Part shown: positions 1-11,099 of the stretch, one piece after another | How the letters are laid out: the number at the start of each line of letters is the position of its first letter | Position numbering within the stretch: position 1 is the first letter of the stretch | DNA from: Lama guanicoe | Taxonomy: Eukaryota | Reading direction: 5' to 3' | Assembly (NCBI GenBank): GCA_013239625.1 | Contig: MU054212.1 | Location: 1-64,000, forward strand | DNA: 64,000 nucleotides | Program-made: the position numbers and the translations under genes | Notes under the pieces: generated by a model | Seen by the model: only the letters and a program-made list of their open reading frames with translations | Databases searched by the model: none | Told to the model about the DNA's origin: nothing

Positions 1-99
1 TCTGAGTCCCTAAGCCTGTCACTTCTCCGCATCTGTGGGCCCCACGGCACTGGCCGGCATTCTGGGTAAAGTGCAGCGTTTGGACGCCGGTTCTCTCCT

Positions 100-262
100 T
101 TTACCAGCTGTGAGATCTTGAGCGAAGCCCTACAGAACAGTCCTAAATCCATAAAATGGGAACGATGGCCATGCCTACTTCTCAGGGCTGTTTGGGAATT
201 AAATGTTGCACGTGCAGCACAAGGCGTGCCTGGTGTTCAGCAAGTGCTCAATGGGTGCTGTC
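100..262 (+). mobile_element. MIR SINE fragment (core and 3' end)
   Basis: TGTGAGATCTTGAGCGAAG...CATAAAATGGGA...GTGCCTGG...AAGTGCTCAAT resembles the MIR core and tail. Confidence 0.7.
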
Positions 263-534
263 AGCGACACACATTTACTTTGCTGGGGAGGCAAAGACCC
301 TGTCTCCCCATCTGCCCCCGTTGGGCGCCTTTGCTGTTCATCCCAAATAAATGCTCGCTTGCTCCGGGGTTAAAGGGACACTGCAGGAAGCTGGCTATTC
401 TGTCATCCTTGTCACTCCTTGGCCGAGCTGACACTGCTGCCCTTCGCTGTGGCTTTTGGGAGTCACTCCTGCCCCTGGTGTCTGTCTCTCTCCCCTGCGG
501 TCTCCTCCGAGGTCTCACCTACAACTTTCCTTTG

Positions 535-765
535 GATTTGATATTTGTAAGTATTTCAAAACGATCATCACACTAAGTCCATTTAACATCTGTCACCACA
601 CAGGTACAGAACTTTTTCTCTTGTGATAAGAACTTTTACGATCTACTCTTTAACTTTCAAATACGCAGTGCAGTGTTACTCAGTAGAGCCGCCAGGCTGC
701 ATGTGAACATCCCCAGGGCGAATTTACTTTGTAAGTGGAAGTTTGTACCGTTTGATTCCCTTCAC
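535..765 (-). mobile_element. L1 3' UTR fragment (L1MA-late type)
   Basis: TTAACATCTGTCACCAC...CTTTTACGATCTACTCTT...GGAAGTTTGTACC matches the reverse complement of an L1 3' end. Confidence 0.7.
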
Positions 766-1337
766 TTCCTGGTTTCAGGTCCTCCAGTGAAATCAGCCTG
801 CTTCGCACCTCCCCAGAGGTACGTCCTCAGTCCCTCTCCACATCTGTAACGTCAAAGCTCTGAACACTGCAAGTTATTTCATAACTCATAACTCGTGTGA
901 GGCTATCAGAGCCTTCGTTTGCCTCTTAGATGTGTGATGGGTTCTGCAGAGTCAGTCATGAGTTTGGTAACAGGGCGCTATTCAGGACTCCCAGGCCAGA
1001 GGTGTATAATTCAAGGAATTGCCCTGAACTACTCATCTGAATCTGGAAAAGTTCTGACTCAAAAACACACCTGGACCCCAGGTTTTCAGAAGGGGCCTGA
1101 GCACCGTAATAACAACGGCTGCCCTCCCCAGACGGTTCTCAGCCTTATGCCACGTGGTCCCCACACAGCCCTGTGGGTGGGCTCGTTCTGCCTCCCGGGT
1201 GGCAGTGGCTGACCAAGCAGAGGTTGCACATTTGACCAGACACAGTCAGGCCCTTTGTCTTCACCACCTCTCTCTGCCGCCCATGTTTCTATTCCACACT
1301 CACTGAGATATGACTTACCTGTTCAAATTAGAGAAAC

Positions 1338-1561
1338 AGGGCATTTTGTGGTGGTTCAGAACATGGAGACAGGATGCCTAAGTTCAAATCCCAGCCCCGC
1401 CACTTAGTGGCTGTGTGACTTTGGGCGGGTTACCTGACTTCTCTGTGCTTCCGTTTTCTCATCTGGAAATGAGAACAATAATGGCACCTATTCTTTAGAT
1501 TGCTGTGAAGATGAGTCGGTGAGGTACTCACCTGGCCCACGGTAGTGTTAGCTGTTATTAT
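1338..1561 (+). mobile_element. MIR SINE, near full length
   Basis: GTTCAAATCCCAGCCCCGCCACTTAG...TGTGTGACTTTGGGC...TTTCTCATCTGGAAATGAG...GTTAGCTGTTATTA. Confidence 0.9.
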
Positions 1562-2687
1562 TTCATCTCTCCTATGTGCAGCTGACCCAGCACTAAAGAA
1601 CCTCATGTTAACAGAATTAGATTGAGCTCTAGGGCAGGTCGCGATCTCCTCCTGTAGGGGTGTAGACTCACTGCCCATGGGGACAGCCTCTAGCACAGGT
1701 TAATTCATCCTTGTCCAGTGGTGGTTCCTGTGGGTTCAGAGGTTCGCTGCGTTCGTAAACCAAGGGCTTCTAACCTCACAGCACGATAAGATGGAAAAGG
1801 AAGCCTTGCTGGCCATCTTAATGCATTCTCAGTTCCACCGGAAATTCATTTTACCTTATCAAGTTGTGAGAATGTCTGTGTATTTCAGTTCTAGAGGAGT
1901 ATCTTTGGGAAGGTGAAAGAGTTAAACTTTTACAGTTTCTGCTTTAAATAACTTCTAAATACAAGCCTGTTTGGAGAAAAGGTAAAATAACATGCAAATG
2001 TCTCACTTTGCAAAAGAACAACAGGAAGCCTCAGCTGGCAATGTTTCCCCAAGCGCTTTAGAGAGAGGAAGGTCAAGGTGCAGAGGCATAGTGGGTCGGT
2101 GACACATTCTGCCTGCTCAGGGGGAGCTGTGTCCCCTGCAAGTCCCCTGACCAGCCTCATCCCTGGAGCGTCTCTTTCCCGAGCCTCGTGGAGGAGGCAT
2201 CGTGGGCTCTGCACAGGGCGGGCGGGGGCAGGCGGAGGCGGGCTCTCTGCAGAATCCACATCGCAGCCAGTTCAGGTCCCGTGGAAAGTTTTGGGGTTAC
2301 CTATTCTTACATATTCTGGGGGGAAAACCCTTGAAAAATGGTAGGAAAGGCCATCTTTTCTCAGTACAAAGAAGTTATATTATGGCTCCTGGAAATGACA
2401 ACAAAACAGGACAAAGGAAAATCAACGTTCATTCTGTCTTTAACACTCAAGCACAGAGGGACGATCTGTGGGAGCTTTGTGCTTCCCGCGGGGCTGACCT
2501 AAAGACACCTGCGGTTCTCAAGGACTTTCTGGGAGGTGATGGCAGCCATCGGCTGCAGGGCCAGTGTGACCCCGGCTCTCCCACTGTGGGGGGTGGGGGT
2601 GGGGAGGTGGTGTTCACAGACTCACAGAGGGGCGCTGTGGTTGGGCCCCTGGGCTGGCAGCCGGCCTGCCCTCGACCGCAGCTCTGT

Positions 2688-2975
2688 CTGTGGGGTTTGG
2701 GCAAGTACTTTAGCCTCCAGGCCTCAGTTCCGTGGCTGTAAAATGGGGAGGATCAGGGCATTCAACTCACAGGGTTGCTGTGAGCATTGAGTGAAGACAT
2801 GCAATATGTTTAATGACTAGAATCTAACAGCTAATCACTGTGTTATTTCCATTGTGTTCTGATCCTAGTTGTGCAACCAACCTCTTTTAGACTCTATTTC
2901 CTTCTTATAAAATGGAGTAGAAATACTTACCTTGGGGCCGTTAGAGTTTAAATGGAATATGTGCAAAGTGCTCTT
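2688..2975 (+). mobile_element. Two adjacent MIR core fragments
   Basis: TTGGGCAAGTACTTTAGCCTCCAGGCCTCAGTTCC...TGTAAAATGGGG, then a second TTTCCTTCTTATAAAATGGAG...GTGCAAAGTGCT core. Confidence 0.75.
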
Positions 2976-4671
2976 TATTGAGTTGGATTCTCAGGAAGGG
3001 TTTTTTCTGAGTCGTCTACATTTTCTTAGATTCTCCATGACATCTATTTAAGTGCAAGTCTGGTAACACTCCCCTGCTTCCAGGACAAGATGCGAGTTCT
3101 GAATGGCTTGAAGCAGCAGTGAGGGAGGCAGGCAGCCCACTAGCTGAATAAAACCACCACAGAAGGAAACATTTAGAAAGTTGCGTGCAGTGCTCGGCAC
3201 CATTCTAAGTATGTAATAACTTTTTTAAAATCTCAGAGCACCGAGTCTGTGTCCTGAGCCCGGGCACTGGCCTGGGACAGGAGCTCTCGAGGGAGAGAGG
3301 TGGCTGGGTGTGCGTAGAAGGAAGTGAAAGGGGAGGCTGGCTAGAGTGTTGTGAACACCACCCACCTTTGACTTAAAACAGTTTCTTCAAGGAAACACAA
3401 CTCCAGTTATTCTTTGTCACCAAAGCACCTGCAGTCTCTTGTCCAGCATGTCCTATAATCGTTTTTCCCACTTCCTCCTTCCCCTTCCCTTGGCCGCCTC
3501 ATGGATACGGACAGGGACAAATGAGGCTACAAAGCTCCAGTGACGGCACACAGTGTCCTTCTCTGCGGGCCACTCGCTCACAAGGTCAGCACAACAAACA
3601 CCGCCTGCAAGGCCGCCCCGGGAAGCTGGGGGGTGGGGGGAGCGGGCAGCGCTGGGTCTGCGGCTCCTGCCTGGCCGAGGCCAGCACCCGCAGGTGCTGA
3701 CTGGAGAGGGGACTTTCTGGGGAGGGCAGGAGAGAGGCGGAGGAGATGTGAACTCAGGGACACTTCATTTGGGCATTTTGAAAGATTCCCCACGAGGCAG
3801 TCATTGGAATGAGCTTTTGCACCTGGAATGCCTGATACTCACTGAGCACCTTGTTACCTTTTTTTGGTGAGAACCAGAGTTTGACTCAGTCACCTTAACA
3901 CTCGTTATTTTTAAAATGACAAATGGCAGAAATATAATCCTTACTGTTAATGTTACTGTTTAGGGGGTGGTGGGGAAAGATTCACCAGCCTCTGAACCAT
4001 CCCCATGAGTACATTCCGTGGGGTAACTCAAAGATCTTATGTTCCTTCTCCTAACCAGAGATACTTCAAGAATCATGTTGTACGTCTGTGTAGCACCCAG
4101 TTCATAAATTATTTACATCATTTTTTAGGAGACAAAAAGAATCCTTCTGTTTCAAATTTAAAACCCTCTCAAAATGAAATAGAAATACCGTTTTTCCTGG
4201 GCACAGCTTTCCCAGGCCATGGCTGTAGAACGGGGCTTTCTTTTCTCCCTTTATTGAAAGATTATATGAATCTCAGGAAAAGAAAGCTGATTTTAGGTGG
4301 CTAAGACCAAAGATTTAGAAAGAAGAAAGGAGACTTGTTTGGAGGATCTGCCTACTTGGGAAATGATGAGAGTTTTATTTCTTAGAGACAGGATTTATGG
4401 ATTTACACTTCCTCCATAAGATAAATGACTCAGGAACACTTTTTTCCAGCACTAACTCTAATCAATTACCTTTGTTACTAAAGAAATAAATAATCTCTAA
4501 AGAGTCAGAGAAATAAAATGCACTGAGTTCCAGTGTTTGAGGTTATTTGAAACTTTTTTTTCCGGGAAGGGGGCGGTCTAGGTAGAGTTGAGCTTTAGCT
4601 AATTCCTTGTTTTGGAGTTATTTTTCCTTTTACCAGGAGTATTGATCCACGTGAGAAAATCAGACAGGTTT

Positions 4672-4855
4672 AGAAGAATCACAGAATGTCAGGACAGGAG
4701 GGCCTTTGGAAATGCCCTAGCCGAGTGCCCGCTTTCACAGTTGGGACGTGGAAGCCCAGAGAGTTGGGGCAACTCGCCCGGCATCACCCACGGGGGCGGC
4801 CGAGCAAGGGTCCCGGGGTTGAATCCCAGCCGGCTCGAGCACCACAGCGCTGCCC
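4672..4855 (-). mobile_element. MIR3/MIRc-like SINE at the CpG-island edge
   Basis: GAATCACAGAATGTCAGGACAGGAGGGCCTTTGGAAATG...TTTCACAGTTGGGACGTGGAAGCCCAGAGAG...CAACTCGCCCGGCATCAC follows antisense MIR3. Confidence 0.65.
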
Positions 4856-5790
4856 TCGCCCCTTGTCTTTGAGCTGCCCGTCCTCTCCGCACTTAGGGAC
4901 AGAACCCCCTTCTCCATCCGCAGCCCCACTCCTCCCACAACACACAAGGGGTCCGGGCATTTGAAATATTTCCACGCTGGACGGGACCGGGATGCGGCCA
5001 CCCCGCGCCAGGCTCGGCGGGCGCGCGGCGGGGCGCGGCCGGGCGTCTGCAGCCGGCCCCGGGCGGCCCGTCCCAGCGCCCGGCTCCGGCGGGGCGGCCC
5101 CGGCCGCGCCGCGCCAGGCTCGCGGGGGTCAAGTCCAGGTTGCGGCGCAGGAAGGCGGCGGGGGAGGGGCGGCCCGGCCGCGCCCCCACCTCCTCTCCTC
5201 CGCGCTGGGCGCGGAATGTTGGGACCGTTCCATCGGCGTGGTATGTCTGCATAAACATCGTTAGCCTCCGGAGCCGACACGTTGTGCAGTTTTAATTTCG
5301 CCTTACAAACTGCGGCCTCCTCGCGTTAGCGAAGAGGCTGGAGACCTGGCCTCTCCGCCTCTCTGTTGCATTCCTGGGCGCCCGCCTTCCAAGACTCGAG
5401 AGGGAGAGGCGCACCTCTCCAAGGGAGATGTCCCGGCTGGATTCTTCACGCACCTCATTTGTGACATTGTCTTTGGCTCGGGAGGAAATCCTTTCCACGC
5501 ATCTGGAACTGACGAAACTTCATATGAAGGTTTACTTCTTAATCTCCCGGGCGGGAGAAGGGAGCAGAATTTCTGGCCACTCCGTTTTTGCCACCGCAAG
5601 CCGTGACAAGTAGCGATGGCTGGACCGCCGCCTGCCGCCCAAAGAGCCAGCGCGCTTCTCTCCACTCCTTTGCCAGCGTCCACGCGTCATCCTCCCCTGT
5701 GTCCCCGCCACCGTCCCCCTGCGCCCAGCCCTCCCCCACCTCCCTGCCTCGCTCATTTCTCGGAGCACAAGCTGCATTCAGAACGTCTTT
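4720..5790. promoter_or_regulatory. CpG island, probable promoter (gene not identified)
   Basis: About 1 kb of very high GC and CpG density, densest at 4975-5240. GGGGCGG GC boxes near 5091 and 5166; TEAD-type GGAATG 5213-5218, GGTATG 5240-5245, CATTCC 5369-5374; no TATA box seen. Confidence 0.85.
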
Positions 5791-7003
5791 TCAAATCCAA
5801 ACCTTTAAAAAATCTATTTCAGCATCCCTGAAGTCTTTGCTTTTTTCACTCTGATGGGAGGGGCATCATTCCCCTCACTTGGGGTAAGAGACTGCCACGC
5901 TGGGGAGACTTCTTCCAGGGTGCCTATTTTGGGGGCAGATCATACAAATAACGAAGAAAAATCCCCGTGGCAGTTTTGACTTTAAACATGAGGCGAGTTA
6001 ACAAGGAAGCAGCAATAAATTCAGCCCAGGGCACGACCCAGCACTAAATTGTCTCTTACAGTGTCCAGATTTCTGGCCAAGTTGTCAATTTGATGTCCCC
6101 TTTCTCTGCTAGGCTCTTCAAGTCTCCTTTCAGGTTGTGCTGTGTTTGTTCGTTCACTTTTGGTTCACTGCCAAGTTATCTCTGCTGTAATTCTCCCCCC
6201 ATCCCACCACCATTTTTTGACCCTGTTTTCCAAGTTCCTTAAGCATGACCAGGACAATACCCTCACCCCGTCCCCCTCCATCCCTCACGTTGCTTCCATG
6301 GTAGAAATTTTGAAACCAGCTCGTGTCAGGACGTTTTGTTCATCCCTCCCCACAAACAAGCTGGTGAAAGATGGAAGGACTTGGTATTTGCTGGAAATGA
6401 AAACACGGGGTGCTGCTGGCACCAACACCAGGATGTTCTTTTCGTTCTTTGCACAAGGTGATCATGTATCTATCACATTCTGCATCAGAACAGCGCAGAA
6501 GAACACGTCACCCAACTGGAGCCGAGCAGCACCGGCGAGGGTTAACAGAGAAGCACTTAATGTGCCTGAGGAAATAGTCCAGAAGGATTAGACCACGTTA
6601 GGCTAATAGGCTGATCAGAGTGATAAAGTTTTCCCAAAGATTCTTTCCGCTTTATGATTACCAGTTACTTTTCTTCAAAGGCAGTTGGGTAAATGGTGTT
6701 GGTTTTAGGGCTTGGAACCCTCCACTGGGACAGCCCCACTATAAGCCTGCGTTAAACACGGGATTACCTTTCCTGCTCCGTTAGATTTAGAAGGAGATCA
6801 TGAGAGCCCTCCGTACACATCACACAGTGTTTTCCTCTTCATGTTCCATGAGTCAAAAGCAGGGAGATCAAACGCAGTCAGCACACTAAGTGCTTCTTAG
6901 AACAAACCGTCCACAGTGCAGATCATTCCAGCTGCCCACTGGACAAGATAACAAACGGACGGCAAAGGCGGATTTTCCTGAGCATACGAAGGTTACTCAA
7001 AGC

Positions 7004-7006
<3 letters not shown>

Positions 7007-7064
<58 letters not shown>
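7007..7064. repeat. (TAA)19 microsatellite
   Basis: Perfect trinucleotide run; produces the spurious poly-Leu ORF 6923..7135. Confidence 0.98.
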
Positions 7065-7065
<1 letters not shown>

Positions 7066-7290
7066 TAACGGCTAACACATGCTGAACACAGGGTATGCCA
7101 AACCCTGTGCTGACGGCCTGCATACACGATCTCATTTATCCTCACGAAACTTCAGTGGACTGGGCCCTTCCTACCCCAACTTTGCAGATGGGGAAATAAA
7201 GTCAGAAAGAGATCCTGTCACGTGCCCAGGGCCACACAGCAAGGAAACAGGAATGAGTTTAGAGAGCGCCTCGGAACTCCTGCACGCTTC
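7065..7290 (-). mobile_element. MIR SINE
   Basis: GCTAACACATGCTGAACAC...ATCTCATTTATCCTCAC...TTTGCAGATGGGGAAATAAAG...GCCCAGGGCCACACAGC is antisense MIR. Confidence 0.85.
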
Positions 7291-7505
7291 TGCCTCCCAT
7301 ACGATTCCATTCTGAAAGTCAGTGGCAATGTCAGTCAAGAAATGAAATAAGATCTATTAAATGATTCTGTGAAAAGCTACCATGAAGGGGGCACTTAGGG
7401 TAAACTAGGCATTCAATCCTTGCAGCTGCCCCTGTAGGTAGACACATAGCATCACCTCCAATTTGAAGATGGGACAAAGGGGCTCAAAGAAGCAGAGTAA
7501 CTTTG

Positions 7506-7628
7506 TTCTGTTTGTTTGTTGGGAGGTAATTAGGTTTATTTTTTTTTTAATGGAGATACTGCGGATTGAACCCAGGACCTCGTGCGTGCTAAGCATGCAC
7601 TTTACCACTGAGCTATACCCTCCCCCCT
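7506..7628 (-). mobile_element. tRNA-Ala-derived SINE (vic-1-like) inserted in a MIR fragment
   Basis: Reverse complement GGGGAGGGTATAGCTCAGTGGTAAAGTGCATGCTTAGCACGCACGAGGTCCTGGGTTCAATCC...A-run...ACCTAATTACCTCCC; 18-bp TSD AGAAGC(A/G)GAGTAACTTTG at 7488-7505 and 7629-7646. Confidence 0.95.
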
Positions 7629-8351
7629 AGAAGCGGAGTAACTTTGAACTTTGTCAAGTTCTGGGCTTTTCCTCTGCACCCTGGCTTAACTGCGTGTGTG
7701 TGCGCACGCACGTGTGTAGGGAGGAGGGAGACAGAGAAATCCACTTGGGGTGAGTAGAAGAAATGAAATCTTTTCTTTAATAATATCGTCATCCTCCTTA
7801 AATTCACATCAAGTGACCACAGTTGCAGTGAGGTCTCTGAAAATGGGGAGATCGGGGTGGATGGGAGTGACTCTTGTGAAGTTCAGGAGACGAAGGTCTG
7901 GGGATTGTCCCTGAAGGACAGGTAAGGTCTTGGGTATGGCAATGAGGACGAGTCCAACTGAGCTGGGATTTGGGTCAGTGACTGGAGCAGAGCCTGGGAT
8001 CATGTCCAGTTCATCCTCGAACCCCCTTGTCTAGCACACGCCTGGCAAGTAAGTGCTCAGTAAATGTCAGGGTGAACTGTTACGTCAGCAGAACCTCCTC
8101 GCTGGCCTGAGACCGCCCTCCTCCCCTCCATCCCCCTTCAGGCTCTGGGCCCTGCTTCCTTCCCTCTCTTCTGCCTGCTTGTCTTGGATCTGCCGGTTCC
8201 TTGCCTCAATCAAGAGACACTGCTCAGATGGAGAAGAGGCAGAGCTCGCTGGCCAGGTCCTTGATGGGGGAAGTGAATGGCGAGGACTGTAAACACAGAC
8301 ACAGCTCTTGGCCTGCAGCCACGGTTCTCAGCACTCTGTCTGCACCAATTT

Positions 8352-8490
8352 GTTGTAATCCTCCGTGAAGTAAGTATGCCTGCGATGCTCATTGTACAGA
8401 TGGGAAAACAGAGGCTCAGAGCTTGTCACCTGCACGTGAAGGACTAGCCCTGACCTAAACATCTGGCTTCAGTGTCAGTAGAGCACAGTG
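8352..8490 (-). mobile_element. MIR fragment
   Basis: CATTGTACAGATGGGAAAACAGAGGCTCAGAG antisense core. Confidence 0.75.
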
Positions 8491-9704
8491 CCTTTGGAGG
8501 ATAGCTGAACGTTAGCTCAGCTGCATCTAAGCAACACACAGCCACCTCTTTGATGTGTACAGTTCTGACCTTCAAGTCAAGGAAATCAAGGTCAAGGCTT
8601 GTCTCAGTCAGTTCTGAGACGGGCCATCCGTCTCTCTCTCTCTCTTCTTTTCTGTCTTTCAGCTTTCCTGGATTTTTTGTTTCTTCTCACTCTTGATCAC
8701 CATGAAATAGCACCAAGTTTAGGCATCAAACTAGTCCTTTCTACACCCTCCTCGACAGCAGCATGCAGCTCCACATCATGACCGTTTGAGATGAGTTTCA
8801 CTAAGAGGCCCTGTGTGAATCAACCTCAAATTCAGCGTCCTACTCTCCTGCGAGGGACCTAAACCCACATGTCGAGCTCATCTGTCTTCCTGTCTGCTTG
8901 TCAGAAGCTCAGGGTGAAGAAATGTCCTGTTCCAACCTTCAAATAACAAAGACTTCGCTAGCTGGTGTCACCGCCTCAAGCTGTTGTGCTGTTGCAGAGA
9001 AATCTGACAAGTTCCTTCAAAACTGGAAACAGGAAGTGGCTACACATGAAATTTTGGACTCCTGAGTGCGAGTTAATACATCAAACAGCTGTACTGAATG
9101 TGACCATGAACCGGTGTTCCTCTGAATGCACTTAATAGCACAGCCAAATTTGAACTTCCTGCTTTCTCCTGCAAGCATCCTTCCAAATCTGGCCTTTCAG
9201 TGACGTGGGTGAGATGACCATTTTTAGGACTTGGGGACATTGTGTTGTTAAAGTCAAGGCACAGAACATGGCAGAGAAGCATGACAGGAGATAGCAACAC
9301 GGTGGTCGCAGGAGAGAGGTGTACTATTCTGACACTGAAGATGCCCTCCGAGAAGTGTATGAAGTTCCCTGGACATTACGTAGGAATTGAATACTTTGCA
9401 GAAGACTTGTTAAGATAGTAACTATTGAGTATTCCAATCCAATGCAGTGGCGGATTAATCCAGATGAGTGTGGGCATTTGTAACTGTTTACAGCAGGTCC
9501 CAGGTTTATACCAGCCTCTCCATGGCCGAAGAGATGGCTCGTTGAGGCCTGGCGAGGAACTGTGTGAGCGATGTTCAAAATCCTTGGGATAAAAGTCCAT
9601 GTGAAACAGTATTCAGGCAACTTCCTCGAGGCTAGGAAGTCAGTTAGTTTTGTCTTTCTGCCAGTTCTAGAAATAAATACAATACCTTGCATCTTATTTA
9701 AGCC

Positions 9705-9870
9705 TATGATCTCACTTTGCCCTTCACAACAGCTCTGTGAGGTAAGTGGCCCATAATCTTCTTGACGGCTGTTTTGCTGATGAAAAACAGTCACGGGAAG
9801 ATTTACAGGCTCTTTTCAAACTTCGGAGTCGTTTATCTAGTGGCGCTGGGACCCAGGTCTTCTGACGGCT
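9705..9870 (-). mobile_element. MIR fragment
   Basis: CTTCACAACAGCTCTGTGAGGTAAG...TTTTGCTGATGAAAAACAG...ACCCAGGTCTTCTGAC. Confidence 0.7.
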
Positions 9871-10321
9871 GTGTTCATACTTCTTCACCGGAGTCACACA
9901 GCACGGGCTGCTCAGGGTTGTCACAGGTGTAATGCAGGGTGTGTCTGAGGACGGTGGCGGTGCTGGGAGTCTGGTAAGGAGCGTGGAGAGCGGCCCCCCA
10001 CTTGGGAACGACACTCTACTTCTTTCCAGGGCCCCCACGGCCAGGAGAAAGGTTGAAGCGCGAGCCCTGGCCGGTGGGGACGCACTCCTGTCGCACGCTC
10101 TCTCCCTTGGTCCCCACAGCTGCCTCGGGGCGAGGATGAGCGCCGTGATTCATGAGTTGCTAAAGACTTTGGAGGAAACGACTCTTAAATAAACACGACT
10201 GATGTGGAAGAGCCATGGAGATCCAATTATTCAGAGTTGACTTTTATTGTACTTTCAAAAGGAATTTGTTGTCATTCTTCATCTCTGTCCTCTTCCTTTA
10301 GCTGAGTTTCTTTTCTTTTTT

Positions 10322-10650
10322 CGCAAACATTCCCATCTCAGTAGCTTAACACAACTGGAACTTAATGTCTTGCTCGCATCAAACTGAAAGCGAGTGTTTC
10401 TGATCAGCGGGGAGCACCTCTCTGGGCAGTGGGGGTGGGCGGGCCCCTCCGCGCTGGGCCCCGACCCACCGGGCTCTGCATCACGGACGCCCCAGGCCCA
10501 CCGAGCTGGTCCTCGCCAAGCCCGCGGAAGTGTGAAGAGGCTGTCCTGGGCCCTTCTGGGAATGGCACCTGCTACTTCTGCTCAGATCCATTGTCTAGAA
10601 CTGCGTCACAGGCACACACCTATCAGTAGCAAATGCTGGGAAGACGTCAA
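10322..10650 (-). mobile_element. MLT1 (ERVL-MaLR) solo LTR remnant
   Basis: ATCTCAGTAGCTTAACACAAC...ACTTCTGCTCAGATCCATTGTCTAGAACT...GCTGGGAA resembles antisense MLT1J/K. Confidence 0.6.
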
Positions 10651-11099
10651 GCCGTGTGCTCGGAGAGGAGGAGGTGGGTTTGGAAAAGAACCAGCAGCTG
10701 TCCCACAGGCTGCACGGAGACGATCTCTTCCTGACAGAGCTGTGCTGGCCGTGAGTTTGGGAGCAGCATCAGCTGGTGCCGGATTGCCACAGCATGTAAG
10801 GGCGAACCACTTCTGCCGAATAAGCCCAAATATGGCACATAGATGCCCTCTGCTGCAGACAGACTCTTTTAAACTGGAAAAGGTTTTCAACTGATCAATC
10901 TCATGACAGAAAATATAGGGGGAAAGGCAAGGGAAAAGAAAGAAAAATGCCCATAGAGAACCACTATTACCACTTGATACATTTTCTTACAGTCGATAGT
11001 TTTAAGAATACTTTTTTCATTAAAATAATTTTATTTAAATATGTCTCCAAACTCTATTTCTATTTGTTGATATTTAAACATAGATCATACGTGACTGTA

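Noticed and set aside
2621..2640. CTCF-like CACAGAGGGGCGCT (similar partial matches near 12791, 46118, 59205)
   Set aside because: Spacing or key core positions deviate from CCASYAGRKGGCRS; not supportable without PWM scoring.
4735..5854. Overlapping 60-181 aa ORFs on both strands in the CpG island
   Set aside because: Arg/Gly/Pro/Ala-rich, open in many frames because GC-rich DNA has few stops, often non-ATG starts, no recognisable domain.
6923..7135. Poly-Leu signal-peptide-like ORF
   Set aside because: It is the antisense translation of the (TAA)19 repeat.
8950..9620. Coding-looking stretch (e.g. VYYSDTEDALREVYEVPW) as a pseudogene or old LINE
   Set aside because: Frames close quickly and I recognise no family; a TBLASTX/Dfam search would be needed.
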